Source of the DNA: Octopus sinensis
Taxonomy: Eukaryota
Direction of reading: 5' to 3'
Assembly (NCBI RefSeq): GCF_006345805.1
Contig: NC_043022.1
Location: 11,098,001 to 11,162,000, forward strand
DNA: 64,000 bases
Shown here one piece after another: positions 1-13,961 of this stretch. Every line of letters begins with the position of its first letter. The stretch's first letter is position 1. The notes under the pieces are model-generated. The model did not search any database. It was not told where the DNA came from and was given only the letters and a program-made list of their open reading frames with translations. Position numbers and translations under genes: made by a program.

Positions 1-849
1 TTTTGTATGCAAACACAACCATCACACTTTCATTTAGTTCTATCCACTCGTACATCTTTTCCTCTCCATACTTCCTCATATTATATATACTTCTTTTCTT
101 TTTTCTCTCCCTATCTTTCTTTTTTCTTCCACTCTGTATACCTATTTATCCTCTTAACTTAGTAGCCGACTTACTGCTCTAACCATATATATTGAAATAT
201 TTCCATCAATTTCTTCATATTTGAAATGCATTTTTTTAACTGAGGAAGGATTATGTAATGGATGCAATTCCTATTACATATGCAAACCTGAAACATACAT
301 AGTAAATTATTTCAAAATATCACTATTTGGTTTGACTTCGTTATTGCAATATGTATACTAGCGGGACTCGTGAATTAATGGTAAACCTGTTGGGTTATTT
401 CTGAAAACTTTATCCCCCCAAAAACTGAAAGTGTAGCTTGTGTTGTTTCTCTATGTAAAAACAGTCGCTCATCTGCTACTCATTAAAAAGTGAACGAAAT
501 TGGAATACAATAATTACTTAATGCACTTTATATATACACTTTATATACTTTATGCACAATTTTATAGATTTAATACACAGTACTTATAAAGTAACATTCA
601 CTCTTATTTTTGTATTTCCCCCATCAAAAAAAAAAAAAAAAAAAGAAAGAAATCGCCGTACTTATAACCTTTAGATAAATTGCATATATCTGCCACGTAA
701 ATAAGAGTATTTCACAGAATTGCACTTATGCGCGTGCGTTAAGTGATAATTGATATAAAAAATTTAGCTCAATTAAAAAAATACACTTTTTATTATTCGT
801 TTAGAGAATGCTTGAGAAACTGATTTCACAGATGAATTTTAAGGGGAAG

Positions 850-2130
850 AAGAGCAGGAGTGTGTTCCTCAGGAAAATGACGTGGGAAATCTATTTCAGG
901 GAAATAGGGAGGAAAGATGTTGTGGTGCAAGTGGACTGACGGGACATTGGTTTCTGGCGCTGCCAAAATTTGTATAGCAGCTGCTTGTATATGAAGTAGC
1001 AGTTACAAAGACTGATGATGAATGTTTACAACAGAAAGTAATTGAGAGGGGCAAGAATGTGGTCCAATGTAGCTCTTTTTTGGCAGTTCAAAGAAATTGC
1101 AGCTTACATAGACATTGGAGATCGAAGAATTTAAAGCGAGCAATATGAATCAGTGGTTCAACTTGCAGGATTAAAAGGATAGGCAAGATTAGGCGGTAGA
1201 GAGTTCAGTATGCGTAGATACAGTGGGACAAAGTGGTTCAGGATTACATCCCGTGGAACGATCTGCTTTGATGTCGGTAGGATCATTCTGGTGTGCAACT
1301 GATTCCACATTTGATAGACTGTTATCTACAGTGAATCTTCAGAGAGGAGGAATTAAGGAAAAAATGAGATGTGAAAGTTTTATTAGAAATCAAGTAGCTA
1401 GCTGAAACAGGGCTTGTCACGCCGTGGAGTACAGATATGAGCCTATACTTGAAGCTGCAATTAAGTATTCCGGCAGCTGAAAAGAAAAAGAATAAGAGAC
1501 CACATCATGTTAAAGGCATTAAATTTGTAAAGGAGCGGCAAAAGGAAAGCGACAGGAAAAGTGTACTCTCCTTTAGTGTTTGTGGGATATTAGCAGTAGC
1601 AGATACATTGGAAGTGTTAGTGGATGAGAAAGGGATGTAGACAGTACCTGCAGAAAACAACCTTCAGAGCTGATCTACTTCTTGCGTTAAGGTTCTCATT
1701 TCATATAATCATCACAGGGTTAACTGTGGTGTAGGAGACGAGGATGGAGAAAGTGAGAGAGAGATCGAGAGAAAGAGAGGGGAAGGCGGGAAAGCATGCA
1801 AAGTGATGGGAAAATGAATAAGAAATGGATGGCAGACTAAGCTGTGAACAGTAGATGTTGGAAATAGGGGCTTTGCAGGGCTTAAGGTGAGAAGATGGAT
1901 TCAGACTTTGAAAGTAGTTGAATTTCAAGTGAATGTGCGGATTAGGCGCAGTTGTTGGGCAGAAGATGTCGGATAGAGAAAAGGCTGAAAAGCAATACTG
2001 AAAGAAGAACTGAGTAGGGTATGTCATTGCAGTACTGATAAGCCAGACGGTGATGTACAGCATTTAAATGACGGAAACATCGATAAGCTCTCGCGTGTTG
2101 CTGATGGTCCTCCAGTATTGGTAGCGAGAA
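850..2130 (-). mobile_element. Highly decayed retroelement remnant, possibly Penelope-like RT region
   Basis: Pyrimidine-rich minus strand. Broken frames give TTDSYCSL...AAISL (cf. PLE KPTDSHSYL...KNAIP) and HHNIFPPYFP (cf. T.HIFPSLP). Many stops, no intact catalytic motif. Confidence 0.3.
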
Positions 2131-2299
2131 ATTATCCTGATGACATTTTATTTTAAGAGAAGCATTTATTAATACGATACACTTGCTCAATGAAATAGAC
2201 TTCTAATGAACAAAAGATACACGATAAATATGTGATCTGCCCAATATATCTTCGATCTTGAAACTTCTGACAGTTAAAATTGATCGAGGCGAAACACAA

Positions 2300-2516
2300 T
2301 ATTTTCTTTTCTACTCTAGGCACAAAGCTCGAAATTTTGGGGGAGGAGACCAGTCGATTAGATCGAATCCAGTAAGCAACTGGTACTTAATTTATTACTC
2401 TGAAAGGATGAAAGGCAAAGTTAACCTCGGCGGAATTTGAACTCAGAACGTAAAAACAGACGAAATACGGCTAATCATTTCGCTCAGCGCACTAATGTTT
2501 CTGCCAGCTCACCACC
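2300..2516 (-). mobile_element. tRNA-derived SINE, family B (GAGCTGGCAGAA head; GTTCAAATTCC B-box; AAGTACCAGT core)
   Basis: Reverse complement matches the copies at 27783-27980 and 59494-59668 along its length. Confidence 0.85.
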
Positions 2517-2640
2517 TTGCAAAATACAATATATTGCATACAATATATTGTCTAGAATTGAAAAACTACCAACACACTTCATTTGAGGAATGCCTTCAAG
2601 AATGCAACGCTGTGTGTGTGTTGTGCGTGTTGTGTGTGTA

Positions 2641-2696
<56 letters not shown>

Positions 2697-2701
2697 TGTG
2701 T
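2641..2701. repeat. (GT)n microsatellite
   Basis: Direct inspection; explains the CVCVCV and HTHT ORFs. Confidence 0.98.
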
Positions 2702-2727
2702 GCATAATATGGTGTTATTAAATAACG

Positions 2728-3189
2728 ATGCAATTAATTACCTGCAATTCTGTATTTTCATTGTACATCATGAAACATTATACTGAAATTTTGATTGGAA
2801 AATATGAGACTATGCTTGAAGTTCATCAACAATGCAAACATGGCTATCTCGTAATTACGAACACCCCTGTCAAGTTTGAAGCAGACTGCAGAGCTCGTGT
2901 GATATTCTCCGTCATCCGCTTCAACATCACCGATACCTCTAGCGAAGTCCATTCTACTGCAAGCTTTCGGATCAGGAGTACTTCCTCTTTTCTTTACCTG
3001 CACAGAAGTCTCGGAGGCCTTGAAAAAAAGGTCATGGGTTCTGCCCGCCTTTCCTTGATATTAAACAAAGATGAGCAGATACAAAGGTTTGGTCGAATCA
3101 TACAAACCATGAATGATGAAAACTTTATTACCATAATTCAGCCATCAAAGAGGCATCTGTTCAGCAATGTAATATTGAGATTAGGTTAA
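2728..3189 (+). CDS. Unassigned 153-codon ORF, possible coding exon or TE fragment
   Basis: Non-repetitive open frame with an RNY-like codon pattern; the in-register antisense frame has stops. No recognised homology; could be chance. Confidence 0.25.
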   Translation: MQLITCNSVFSLYIMKHYTEILIGKYETMLEVHQQCKHGYLVITNTPVKFEADCRARVIFSVIRFNITDTSSEVHSTASFRIRSTSSFLYLHRSLGGLEKKVMGSARLSLILNKDEQIQRFGRIIQTMNDENFITIIQPSKRHLFSNVILRLG

Positions 3190-3454
3190 TCAAAGTTCCC
3201 TGATTATTTGAAGGAAGCCAATGTGGAAAATATACCTTCCATGTTCTGAAAAGCTTCATTGCATGTGTTATACTCTTTGTAAAAAGATGATCTTAGTCAA
3301 AGATTCGGATTTACTATAATGTTTCGCCCTGTGACAATTTAATATTCCAGTTGAAATTCCAATGTTTTACGAATTTTGTTTGTTCCCCACCTCTCTGACC
3401 GTTGCTACCTTCTACTAAAACTTATCTTTTCCTTCCTCTTTGCTGCCCGCCTAG

Positions 3455-3713
3455 TTGCAAGAGCCAAGAATAATGATCGATGTCAACATGAAGTTATTTC
3501 GCTTCGCAAGTGTAACTACCAGACATACGTCGTTGACAGGCAGATTAATAATATACGTATACAAGTAGCACGCACGTATGGATATCCTGACGGGAAAACG
3601 TTCATAACATGTGTCGGAAAGTTTGCTCGTTCGAATTATCGAATTAGAATATTTTCCAGTTCGATTGCTTAACTGGGTTATTACTTGAAATTACGGTTTC
3701 TAGCTTACCCATG
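3455..3713 (+). other. Candidate non-coding/5'-UTR exon ending in ATG
   Basis: Long polypyrimidine tract plus CTAG acceptor (3421-3454) and consensus donor ATG|GTAAGT at 3713/3714. Locally CpG-richer. No long frame crosses it. Confidence 0.3.
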
Positions 3714-4198
3714 GTAAGTGGTCTTGAGTTTTCACTGTAGTTGCTACGGCCAGGCTTAGATGTTTGATTTTTTACTCTTGACATTCAAAAGCAATTGGTC
3801 AACTTTTGACTAAAATCAAACTACGTCCCAATGAGAAATTGGCCTCAGTGCTAGCGTAATGTTATACGGACCCACACTTAATATATCGTGTGTGTATGTC
3901 CTTCTGGATAGTATTTTTCGTCTGGGTTTCGGTCTATTAAATATCTGTGCCTATACCTACTTCATACTGATTTTTCTTTATGCGTGTTGGAATGCCATTT
4001 TTATTTAATTATATTTGCTTTCGCTTGAATTAGTGTGAAATCGAATTTAAGTGTATACATATGCATATTTATAGTTGTCACTAATATGTCAAGGTATAGC
4101 TTATTTACAAGCTTTAATATATGGAATTGATCGGAAGAAAATAGTTGGGCCTATAGTCTGGAAGGCCATTGAGATCGGTGCGATTAAGGATCATCTTG

Positions 4199-4223
4199 GA
4201 GAGAGAGAGAGATAGAGAGAGAG

Positions 4224-4298
<75 letters not shown>

Positions 4299-4300
4299 AG
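4199..4300. repeat. (GA)n/(GATA)n compound microsatellite
   Basis: Direct inspection. Confidence 0.97.
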
Positions 4301-7014
4301 GCATACTGAAGGAAAGAAAAAGTGAGTAGTAGTTTGCGGAGTCGATAGGATAGTAAAGTTGCTAAATGAAGGGTCAGATATTCAGATCCCGTTACCAGTG
4401 CCATGCTTGTCATGTTAACGGCTAAGACAATTAAGTCAGAAATGACTCAGCTCACTGAACCGCATATACACATCGTGAGAGATGTTCAACTACCGCAGCC
4501 GATAACATAAGTGTTTCGATGACGTGCAGAATGGGGTTAAATTGTTAATTTTTTTCTGTGTATATGCATGTGTGCGCATGTATGCTTGTGTGTCGTTTTA
4601 TGAAGTGTCAATAAGCAAGATGACTGATTCACAATCACACTCTAGTCTTCGGTATACAGACGAACTATTCGTCTCTCGACTCTATTTTATTCCTGCTACT
4701 GTTATATTGGCCTCCCTTCTTCTGAGCTGGTTGGTCTCATTTTACTCCTAGCATGGACCACTCGATTTAAGTAGCTTTGCTTCTCGTTTCCCTTATCAAC
4801 CATATTGTGTTTACTTCTTCCATACCCCGCACTAATCACTAAGCCAATCATTTTTCTCGAGGAGTTGCCTACAGGAAAACGTTCCCTGTCATGGTCTTGA
4901 AGATATAAAATACATTAATCTCGCCAGTTGCGGAGAGCCTATGAAAGTCATGGGGGTCTATTTTTTTATTGAAAGCAAATCGTTAAAAAAAATCACTTTA
5001 GGAAGATGAGATTTTTTTAAATGATACCCCAACAATTTGGTGTGCCTTGTGAAACCCACTTACAACGTGGAGATTTGTGAAACAATATAGCAGCGTATGG
5101 AGTGGCAGTGAAATTATTATGCCTATACGTCAAGTAATTTACTTAAAACTCCCACTGCCTCGTCTTGCAATGTTGAAGTTTTAAGGAAAACTTTGCACGT
5201 TCATTTACGAAAATGATTGATCCTGTATGTGTAGTATTTTGCAATAGGAACTATTCTTGTATTGTTTTACAGGTTTCAGTCAATGAATTACGACCATATT
5301 AAAATATCATTGATTCTAGTCGATCATATCTGAGATTTATTTTATCAACTCTATTCATCGAACTTCTAATTCAACATTTTTATCATATGAATATGCGGCT
5401 CGAAAACGATACGGATACACATAAATGCGCATACACAAACAATATACAAATATCCAAACACTAAATTTTAGTCGACGAAATCTCATCCACACAGAGTTGA
5501 TCAACTCAGGGTTACAGATAAAGGTGCAGCGCAATGAAATCGAACCAAGAACCACATGGTCGCGAAGAAAATGTCTTATCTACAACCATGTTTGCGGCTT
5601 TATATAAAACTTTTGGTTATTTTACTTTTTCGCAAAATATTTCTGTATTTTCCTTTTAATCTTCTGCTTCGTTTTTCAAACTAAATGTTCTTCCTAGATA
5701 GGAAACTTGATACAATACAGGTAGCGTTTCGATTCAAGCTCATTTACTCCATTAATGGATAAAGCTTAATTCTTCTTATTCTACAATTAATTACAACTAA
5801 TAAACACTTTGCCTTGTTAAATTTTCTGAGTGTAATACAACACTGAAAGCCACTTACAAAATGATATACATACATACACAAACACACACTCATTATCATT
5901 ACAAAGAAAAGAACTGGTGTCTGGGTTACAGAGAAACAAGATATATAAGTCCTCTTATTAAAAAATGTTTTTCTTTCTATAGGAAAAGAAATCTTAAAAT
6001 AACATGACAGTAACAACAACTTGCTCATGCAATATATAGTTTGTGGGAAAACCAATGAGCAATTATTCAGGCATATGATGTATTTTTAGATTCAGAGGTT
6101 GTATATTCACAATAAACAAGACAAGAAAGTTAACTGAGGTGGATTATTTAGTTTAAAAAATGGCAGTAGAGAGAATTTTGTGTCAAAATTTCGAAATGTT
6201 TATGAAACCAAATTCTGATTAGAGTTTAAATTACAATTTCAATTTTGAGATTTGTTTTCATCTTAATTTCGGTTTATAGAAGCAACTTAGTTTTATAAAG
6301 TTTGAAATTTTAAACTGATAGAAAAAAAAAAAATAAACTAAAGGAAAAACGAGAAACATTAAAACTTGGATTGAGATTCTTACTCTTAAATACTGAGTTT
6401 CTCAGAAATATAAGTCGACTATATTATAGCCCTGCGATGCCTCGTAACATTTGCATCTTGTGGTGGAAGCTTGTTTGGGATGTGTTTGAGGGATGGAGTG
6501 TAGAACACACCAGCCACTAATTACAATCTGTTGTCAGAACTGGTGTGAATCTAACGGCATTACAAACTGAGATTACTAGATGTGTATAGAGGGCATTGGA
6601 GTTCGCTTTTTCATTGCTTTCTTCACAATCACAACAAGTGATGAGCTCAGCAGTGTTAAGAAACACATCAGTTTTACATTAAGGAAGTTGTTTTAACAGC
6701 AGAGCTGCATCAATTATATGATATCACAATTGCGTAAAAGACAAATGAACAGAGACGGAGAGTGGAAGAAATAAATATAGAAATATATTGAAGGAGAGAG
6801 AGAGAGAGAAAGAGAGAGAATTAGTGTGTGGAGACAGTTGACATTATATCACAATTGGTGAACGACAACGTCACTGGTTACTTGTTCCCAACGGCTCAAT
6901 CTGTGGTTCACTGCATTTCCAGGGCGACCAATGACACGGGAGCTTTTGTGAATTAGTGCAGAACACATAACGCTAAGAATTTCTATCAAAGAGCACAAAC
7001 TTTTCCCTGCACAT

Positions 7015-7141
<127 letters not shown>

Positions 7142-7259
7142 AACATGTGTATGTGTGTATAAGAAAAAACGGGATTAAAAAGTGCAGGCAGATATCAATA
7201 AAGCACTCAGTTTTAAATGAATTTGGTAACATACATCCAGCAATCAGATACCAGTAAAT

Positions 7260-9260
7260 GTAAGAAGAATATATATCCAAGGTAATTCCTTATGTGTGAG
7301 AAGTAGATCCAAATATCATTTAGAAAATTTCGAGCAATCCAGAGTATTTGACAACAAAAATACTTATAGAGAAACGGATGAGATCCCTAGTGGGAGAAAA
7401 ATTCTTATGACACGACAGACAAAGATTGTAAACCGCCTGAACAAACATCTCAAAAGCAGTGGAAAGTCCTGTCTGAAAACAACACTGTTAGAGATTGAGA
7501 AAAGTCTGCATCAATCCATTGACAAAGAAAGAGCAGCAAAGGAGGACTGAGTTATCAAAAACAGTAGGTCAAACCTTAAAGCCTTCTTTAACTTTGCGAA
7601 AGAAATGACCTTAATATACTGTTAGATAATGCCCCTCTTCCAAAAGGACGGCTCCCTCACAGGAAACCCAATGAGGATAACTGAGATACTGAACGAGCAG
7701 TTCAAAAGTGTTTTCACTACTCCTGTGAGACACAGGCAAGTGAACAAGCCAACCGAGTTCTTTGTCACTGCATCTGTAACCAAGGAGGTGATAATAATTA
7801 ATTATACTGATATTTAAGAAAATGATGTAGTACTGGTTACAGAGGAGGTGGAGGCAAGCTCAGTTGCTGGCCCCGATAGATTCCCAGTAATTATTCTTAA
7901 ACCATGCAATTGAGCCCTTGCAATAGCACTAAAGCTTCTTTTTCAGAGCTTCCTTGCAAGCGGTAAGTTCCCAGGCAAATTGAAAGAGGGAGTAATATGC
8001 CTATCCACAAACGAGAATGCAGAGCAGATGCTAAACATTATAGATCAATCTATCTGACTACACATAGAAGCTATATGATACAGCTCTTACAGCACTACAA
8101 CTGGTGTTAAAGCAGCTGTTCAACAACTGAAATGTGGATGTGATATATCTCGACTTTACCAAAGGCCTTGCGAAAGTCGACCATAGTATATATCACAAAC
8201 TGCGTGATCTCGTATAGTCGGAAAAGTTGGAGAGTGGTTACACGAGTTTCCAAAAGATAGAAGTCGGGCAGTGACAACCAATGTAGCCGCCTCTAAGGAA
8301 ACACAAATAGTGAGTGGTATTCAACAGGGCGCTATCTTAGGGCCACTGCTATTCATAGCGGTCCTCTCAGACATTCCCCCAGCTGCTCTGATAGCCACTC
8401 TTGCTAGTTACGCAGAGGATACAGAACCCGGAAAATACTGCGAACCTGCAACGATAGATAGACGCAATATACAATTGGACTTAGGACAATAACATGCAGT
8501 TTAATGCTGGAAAATTCCAAGCCCTACGCTACCAGCACACGAAGCTGAACGAATGCAGATAAAGGACACTGGCCCAGGAGGGAATGCAATCCCTGAATCA
8601 AAATCAGTACGCTACTTGGCCATATTACTAAGTTGGCAATAAAATGCTAACGGCTGGCCGGATGGATCCTCTGAACTTTCGGAACGAGAGAAAAGAAAAA
8701 AAAAACATGATTGTCCTCTGGTGGCCATATGTTATCAGCCACTTAGACTAATGCTCCCATCTATGGACACCACACAGTATACAATTAACAGCGGAACTAC
8801 ACAAAGGAGATCATATCAATGCAACGAGTCAGCAACTGGGAAATTTTGGAAAAATTAAGGCTCTACTCCATACAACGAAGGCGGGAAAGATATGCAGTGA
8901 TATACATCTGGAAAATCCTGGAAGTACACGTAGTAAATTTTGGAACAGGAAGCTACAGAAATAGCAGAATGAGGTGACGCTGCATAGTGCCAAAGACTCA
9001 AACATCACCATCAAATACACCCGATACTGCAATAGCTTGGTTTTCCAGGGCCCACTGCTCTTTCGAAAAGCCTGAGAGACCTGTATGGTGTGAATGTAGG
9101 TGCCTTCAAAACAAAACTGGATCACCTTCTGCCAAGAATTCCGGATGAGCCCACCCCACAACAATAAACGCAGATGATGGCAGTAGCATCAAACTCCCTC
9201 ATTTACCAAATGCCATACATTAGAAAAGGTTTTGAGTAGTGAACGTACAGCAAAGCCAAC
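7260..9260 (+). mobile_element. Decayed CR1-clade LINE (ORF2 linker, RT and C-terminus)
   Basis: Fragments ITEILNEQFKSVFTTP, GPDRFP, QGAILGPLLF, ASYAED and DEPT..SNSLI are collinear with the younger copies at 43306 and 49651. Many stops and frameshifts. Confidence 0.9.
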
Positions 9261-9289
9261 AGCGTGAGCGTGTGTGTGCGTATATGTAT

Positions 9290-9387
9290 ATATGTATGTG
9301 TGTGTGTGTGCGTGTATGTGTGTATGTATGTATGTATGTATGTATGTATGTATGTATGTATGTATGTATGTATGTATGTATGTATGT
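9290..9387. repeat. (GT)n/(GTAT)n microsatellite
   Basis: Direct inspection. Confidence 0.97.
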
Positions 9388-10099
9388 AGAATCAACAAAA
9401 AAAGTCTAATGAGAGATAAATATTATTTTAATACACAACCGAAAGAGCTACTATAAGTTTCATGCTTTTATGATACTTGAACATGTATATTTATAAAATA
9501 CGCCATAAATCTCCAAGCAATTTTTGAAACTGTTAATGCGTTGTATATATATATATATATATTAAAAACTAAGATGCTGGACACTGAGAAAATAAAAGAA
9601 CATGAAAACACGTGAAGGTCGATTTAAAAAATGGAACGAGAAGAAAGAAACGAAATCAAGAAACCTAAGATCACAGCCCTCCCTGATTGCAGAAACCTCA
9701 ATCAATTCACTTGGTATAGAGCAAAATAGCAGAACATATGTCAAAAACTGAGACAGCAACTCAATTTGGGGAGGATGGTACCCTTCAATTCGATAAAAGA
9801 AACGTGTTTATGTGTTTACAACTGCTAAAAACTGCAGATATGGAATTAAGCAGGATATTGTAATTGTTGGATCTAACAAGAAAATGAGATCTTTCTGCTC
9901 CGTATAAACTGCATTTCTTAGATCCATTAACATATGGCTTGAATTTCTCCACAATTCTCCACTTAATTGTATGTGGTGTGAAGTAGGTCTACAAATTCCA
10001 TACATCGCTAGCCAATTTAGTTGCGTTACTTTTGTGGATGTGCTGAAAAGATAGGTGGGTGCATAATGTGAATCTTTTGCAGACTGGGTAGGATAAGTT

Positions 10100-10330
10100 T
10101 GAAAGACAGGAGAACAAATGCTGCTAACAAATGCACTAGATAACAAATGTTCTAGAAATGCTTCGAAAATCAAGTCCCAAAAGCTATCATACTGTGGACG
10201 TAGAATGCATTAAGTCCATCCTGACAGGAAGTGCTGAGGAGAAGAGAGCAAGAGGCCATCAAAGACGTTTGTGGATTGATAAAATTAAAAATGGGCTGGA
10301 AATAAGAAATTGGCTGATTGAATGCACTGA
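10100..10330 (+). mobile_element. RTE-clade LINE 3' fragment
   Basis: KSQKLSYCG..KSILTGSAEEKRARGHQRRLWIDKIK matches the RTE ORF C-terminus pattern (KL.YFGH..I..G..EGKR.RGR.R.RW.D.IK). Confidence 0.7.
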
Positions 10331-10868
10331 AACCTTTTCTCTGTATGATTTAGTTAAATGGGAAAATCAGCGTTCACCAAATACAAAAGAATGCTGTAAT
10401 AAACAACAACTTGTCTATTTTGGTCCAGTTTTCAATCCCCCGTTTTCACTCTATCACTTTTCTCTGTCCTTCTCTATCTATGTCCTTCTCTTGACGTGTG
10501 ATACACATAATCTATCGATCTATCTATCCCATTTTTCCAGAGAAAGGGAATGAGAGAGGGAGAAGATTTCAAAAGTAACTTAACAAGTAAGAAAAGTATA
10601 AAGTTTGACACATACCGTCACTACCACTGCTCTCTTTCCCACATCTCTATTGATGTGACTTAATTCTATTTCTCATCCCATTATATCCGAGACAGGAAGA
10701 AAAAGAAAAAAAGATTAAAGAGGGAATCTGAAGGAAGAAGAAAAGCAGATTTTGACATCCCACAAACTAATCGTTGCATTCATCTCCATCCCTGTGTCCC
10801 TTCTCTCTGTGTCAATGTATCTCTTAAATGTGTCTTTCATTCCCTATCTCCGGATATTCAAGTATTCC

Positions 10869-10871
<3 letters not shown>

Positions 10872-10917
<46 letters not shown>

Positions 10918-10959
10918 GACAGAGAGAGGACAGAGAGAGACAGAGAGAGAGAGACAGGC

Positions 10960-10990
<31 letters not shown>

Positions 10991-11075
10991 TGTGAGAAAG
11001 AAAAGGTAGAGGGAGGAGAGGATAGAGAGAGAAGGAGAGAAAAAGAAAGATAGAGAGAGAAGGAGAGTAATGAGT
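10872..11075. repeat. (GA)n/(GACA)n purine tract
   Basis: Direct inspection. Confidence 0.95.
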
Positions 11076-11178
11076 AAAGACATTTATTTCAACTTTTTAT
11101 CTTTCTACATTTCCCATCTTGACAGGCAGAAAGGTGTGATTTGAATAAGAGTTGGCTGTGGGGTGGCAAATAATTTGA

Positions 11179-12440
11179 TATGAGTGTAAGTAAAAATTAT
11201 ACACTCTCTTGTTTCTGCAATTTATTAAAACAAAAGTAAGGGTTGAACAATTACATCATTTTTCGACATAGTATCTTTGCTTTCCGATGTACTTCTTCCA
11301 GTGGCCCACAGGATTGCTTATTCCATCGGAGAAGAAAGTTTTCGGTTAGTTGCGCAGCCATTTATCTACAACTTCCTGCACGTCTTCGTCCGTAGCAAAT
11401 CGGCAACCTCATAAAGGATGCTTTAGTAGTCTAAAGAAGTGATAATCGGAAAGGGTGAGATCTAAACTGCATGCAGTGTGTCCTAGCAACTGAAAATCAA
11501 GTTTTCAATGGTTCTAATGGTGGTGGCAGCAGTAGATGGGTATGCATTGTCATGCAACAATAACACTTGCTTTGGCAATAGACCTCGGCGTTTTGGTGCA
11601 AATTGCTGGTTTCAGTTTGTTGGCTAGTATTTCACTGCAGCCTACTCAAAGACCCCTTTGCCAGGTAATGTTCCAATACAGGCCCTTTTGCGTCTCAAAA
11701 AAAAAAAATACAGTTAGCATCAGTTTTTCTGTGGAAGGTTGAGTCTTGAATTTCTGTTTCGCTGGCGATTCCGGATGTTCCCCTCCATACTCTGCCTTTT
11801 GGATTCAGGCTCAAAGTGATGAGCTCTGGTCTCATTTCCTGTAACTAGTCTCTTCAAAAAAGGTTCGCCTTCATCGTTGTAGTGATCGAGTAATCGCTGA
11901 CAGCTCTCCACACAATTACGCTTATGCGCTTCGGTCAGCTCTCTTGGTACCCATCAAGCACAGATTTTACGTAAGCGAAGCTTGTCATGGAAGATTTCGT
12001 ATGCAGAACCATGACTAATTTGCAGAGAACATGTCACCTTATTGTCGCCCACTCGTCGTTCACCAGAACCATCTCGCAAGCTTGTTGATTCTTAACGCAA
12101 GGGGTGGAGGTTGTTGAGTGCTCCATGCTTGTCCCGACATTTAAAAATTTCTCGATCCACTCATACACACCTCGACGTGCAAGAACCCTATCCTCGTATT
12201 ATACTGAAAGCGTGAAATGAATTCCAGCCCCTGACATACCTTCAGACCAGAGAGACTGGACCGTTTTTTTCATTGTTAGACACTGCCAACGGAGCAACAC
12301 AAGAAAGAAAACAGGAGCTAGTAAGGTTAAACTTCGGTTACATAACCTCAAGCATACATTTTAGCAGTTTTACCAACCAAGGTAGTGTTACCAACCAAAG
12401 GAAGGTTTTGGCGAAAGTGCAGATAATTTTCCACTTTGTA
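11179..12440 (-). mobile_element. Decayed, essentially full-length mariner (D,D34D) DNA transposon
   Basis: FLKRLVTGNET.AHHFEPESKRQSME, LLHDNA, SDYH and DYVEK* on the minus strand (about 12300 to 11266). Degenerate TIRs near 11179-11207 and 12412-12440; about 1.26 kb. Confidence 0.9.
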
Positions 12441-12939
12441 TATGGTTTTGTGGGTGGTATTTTGATTTTTTAATACACGGGGAGCATACGTACAAAAAAA
12501 AATTCACACACTAATATACACATGTATGTGTGCGTATTTGAGAGTATGTGAATGCGTGTGTGTGTGGTGTGTGTGTGTGTGAGCGGGCGTGCGTGCGTGC
12601 GTGTGGTGGGGAGCATGCGCGCGCATTTTACTATCAATTTATTTAGTTCATTACAGTTACTCGCTTAAGAACATCTTCGTTAAACGCTGATGTCATATTC
12701 TGGTCTCCGGTACAGCAAACCTTTCAACACATAACGAACATAGACTCAAGTACAACACGCGTATTTTATTATATCACATTATATTTGATTCTTATGATTC
12801 AAACACTCGATTCATTTTGATATTTTAAGATATTTCCTTCTCGGAACTCGCTACTAGAGTAATGTTTTTTCTCGTGACATAACTGAAACATTTCACAGTG
12901 TGAGTGTATGTACATGTGCTTGCGCGCATGTGTATATAT

Positions 12940-12951
12940 ATATATATACAC

Positions 12952-13024
<73 letters not shown>

Positions 13025-13048
13025 TGTGTGCGTGTGTGTGTATGTGTG
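12940..13048. repeat. (TA)n-(GT)n microsatellite
   Basis: Direct inspection. Confidence 0.97.
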
Positions 13049-13291
13049 CAAAGAGAGAAAAGGAAGAGAGAAATTATGTATATGTGTAAATATTCGAGTA
13101 TAACAGCTTTGACAGATGTAATGTCAATGTCTCCCACGTTTACAAAGAGGGTTAAATGGGAAAACTAAATCCCTTCATTCTGTGTTGTTCTTTAGCAATA
13201 TACTAATTTGTGGTATTTAGAGCATGGTCATTTCATAGGATTCTTCTATTTCTTAAAAAATTTTGAGTAATAATTTTCGTCTACTACGTTT

Positions 13292-13456
13292 GCTTATTTC
13301 AGCAGATAAGGATACATCCTGTTCCTTGCTTTGATATATTCTTAATGGCTTCGGCAGATGAGGAAGGGTCAGTGAATAATAACTCTTTTCAGACTTGTAA
13401 AATGGTGAAAACAAAGGTGGGATTTATCATCCGACCAGAGACTAAGCCCGAATGGT
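13292..13456 (+). other. Candidate exon (5'-UTR-like, contains a 39-codon uORF MASADEEG...WFR*)
   Basis: Acceptor TTGCTTATTTCAG| and donor GAAAG|GTAAGG. An internal ATG frame (MVPLKLLK) leaves in phase 1, in frame with the 22821 exon. Confidence 0.3.
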
Positions 13457-13509
13457 TCCGTTAAAGTTGTTGAAAGGTAAGGTGGTGTCACACAGACCAA
13501 CAGAGAGAA

Positions 13510-13592
13510 ACAGTTGCGTACTAGGGTCGATCTAATCGATTGGCCCCCTTCCCAAAAATTTCGGGCCTTGTACTAGAGTAGAAAAGAATATT
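13510..13592 (+). mobile_element. SINE family B 3' fragment
   Basis: CAGTTGCGTACTAGGGTCGATCTAATCGA...AGAGTAGAAAAGAAT matches the 3' half of the 2300-2516 and 59494-59668 copies. Confidence 0.8.
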
Positions 13593-13758
13593 TAAACCTT
13601 TTTAAACAAGGATTTAATATCACTTAGAAACCCCGTGCAAATTCATGTACCACCAGACAAGGTAAATTCTCTATATGGATAAAAGAGGAACATATAAAAC
13701 TACTAGAATACTCGAACCGTCAACAATGACGTAAGTATTGTTGAAAAATATGCACAGT

Positions 13759-13918
13759 CGCAGACGTAGCTGTATGGTAAGAAGCTTGCTTCCCAACCAC
13801 ATGGTTCCCGGTTCAGTCCTACTGCGTGGCACCTTGGGCAAGTATCTTCTGATATAGCCGCGAGCTGACCAAAGCTTTGTGAGTAGATTCGGCAGACAGA
13901 AACTGAAAGAAGCCCGTC

Positions 13919-13920
<2 letters not shown>
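13759..13920 (+). mobile_element. tRNA-derived SINE family A (CORE-like), 5' half ending in (TA)n
   Basis: A/B-box head (..TGGTAAG..GGTTCAGTCC) followed by CCTTGGGCAAG; matches the reverse complement of 24390-24550. Confidence 0.9.
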
Positions 13921-13961
<41 letters not shown>

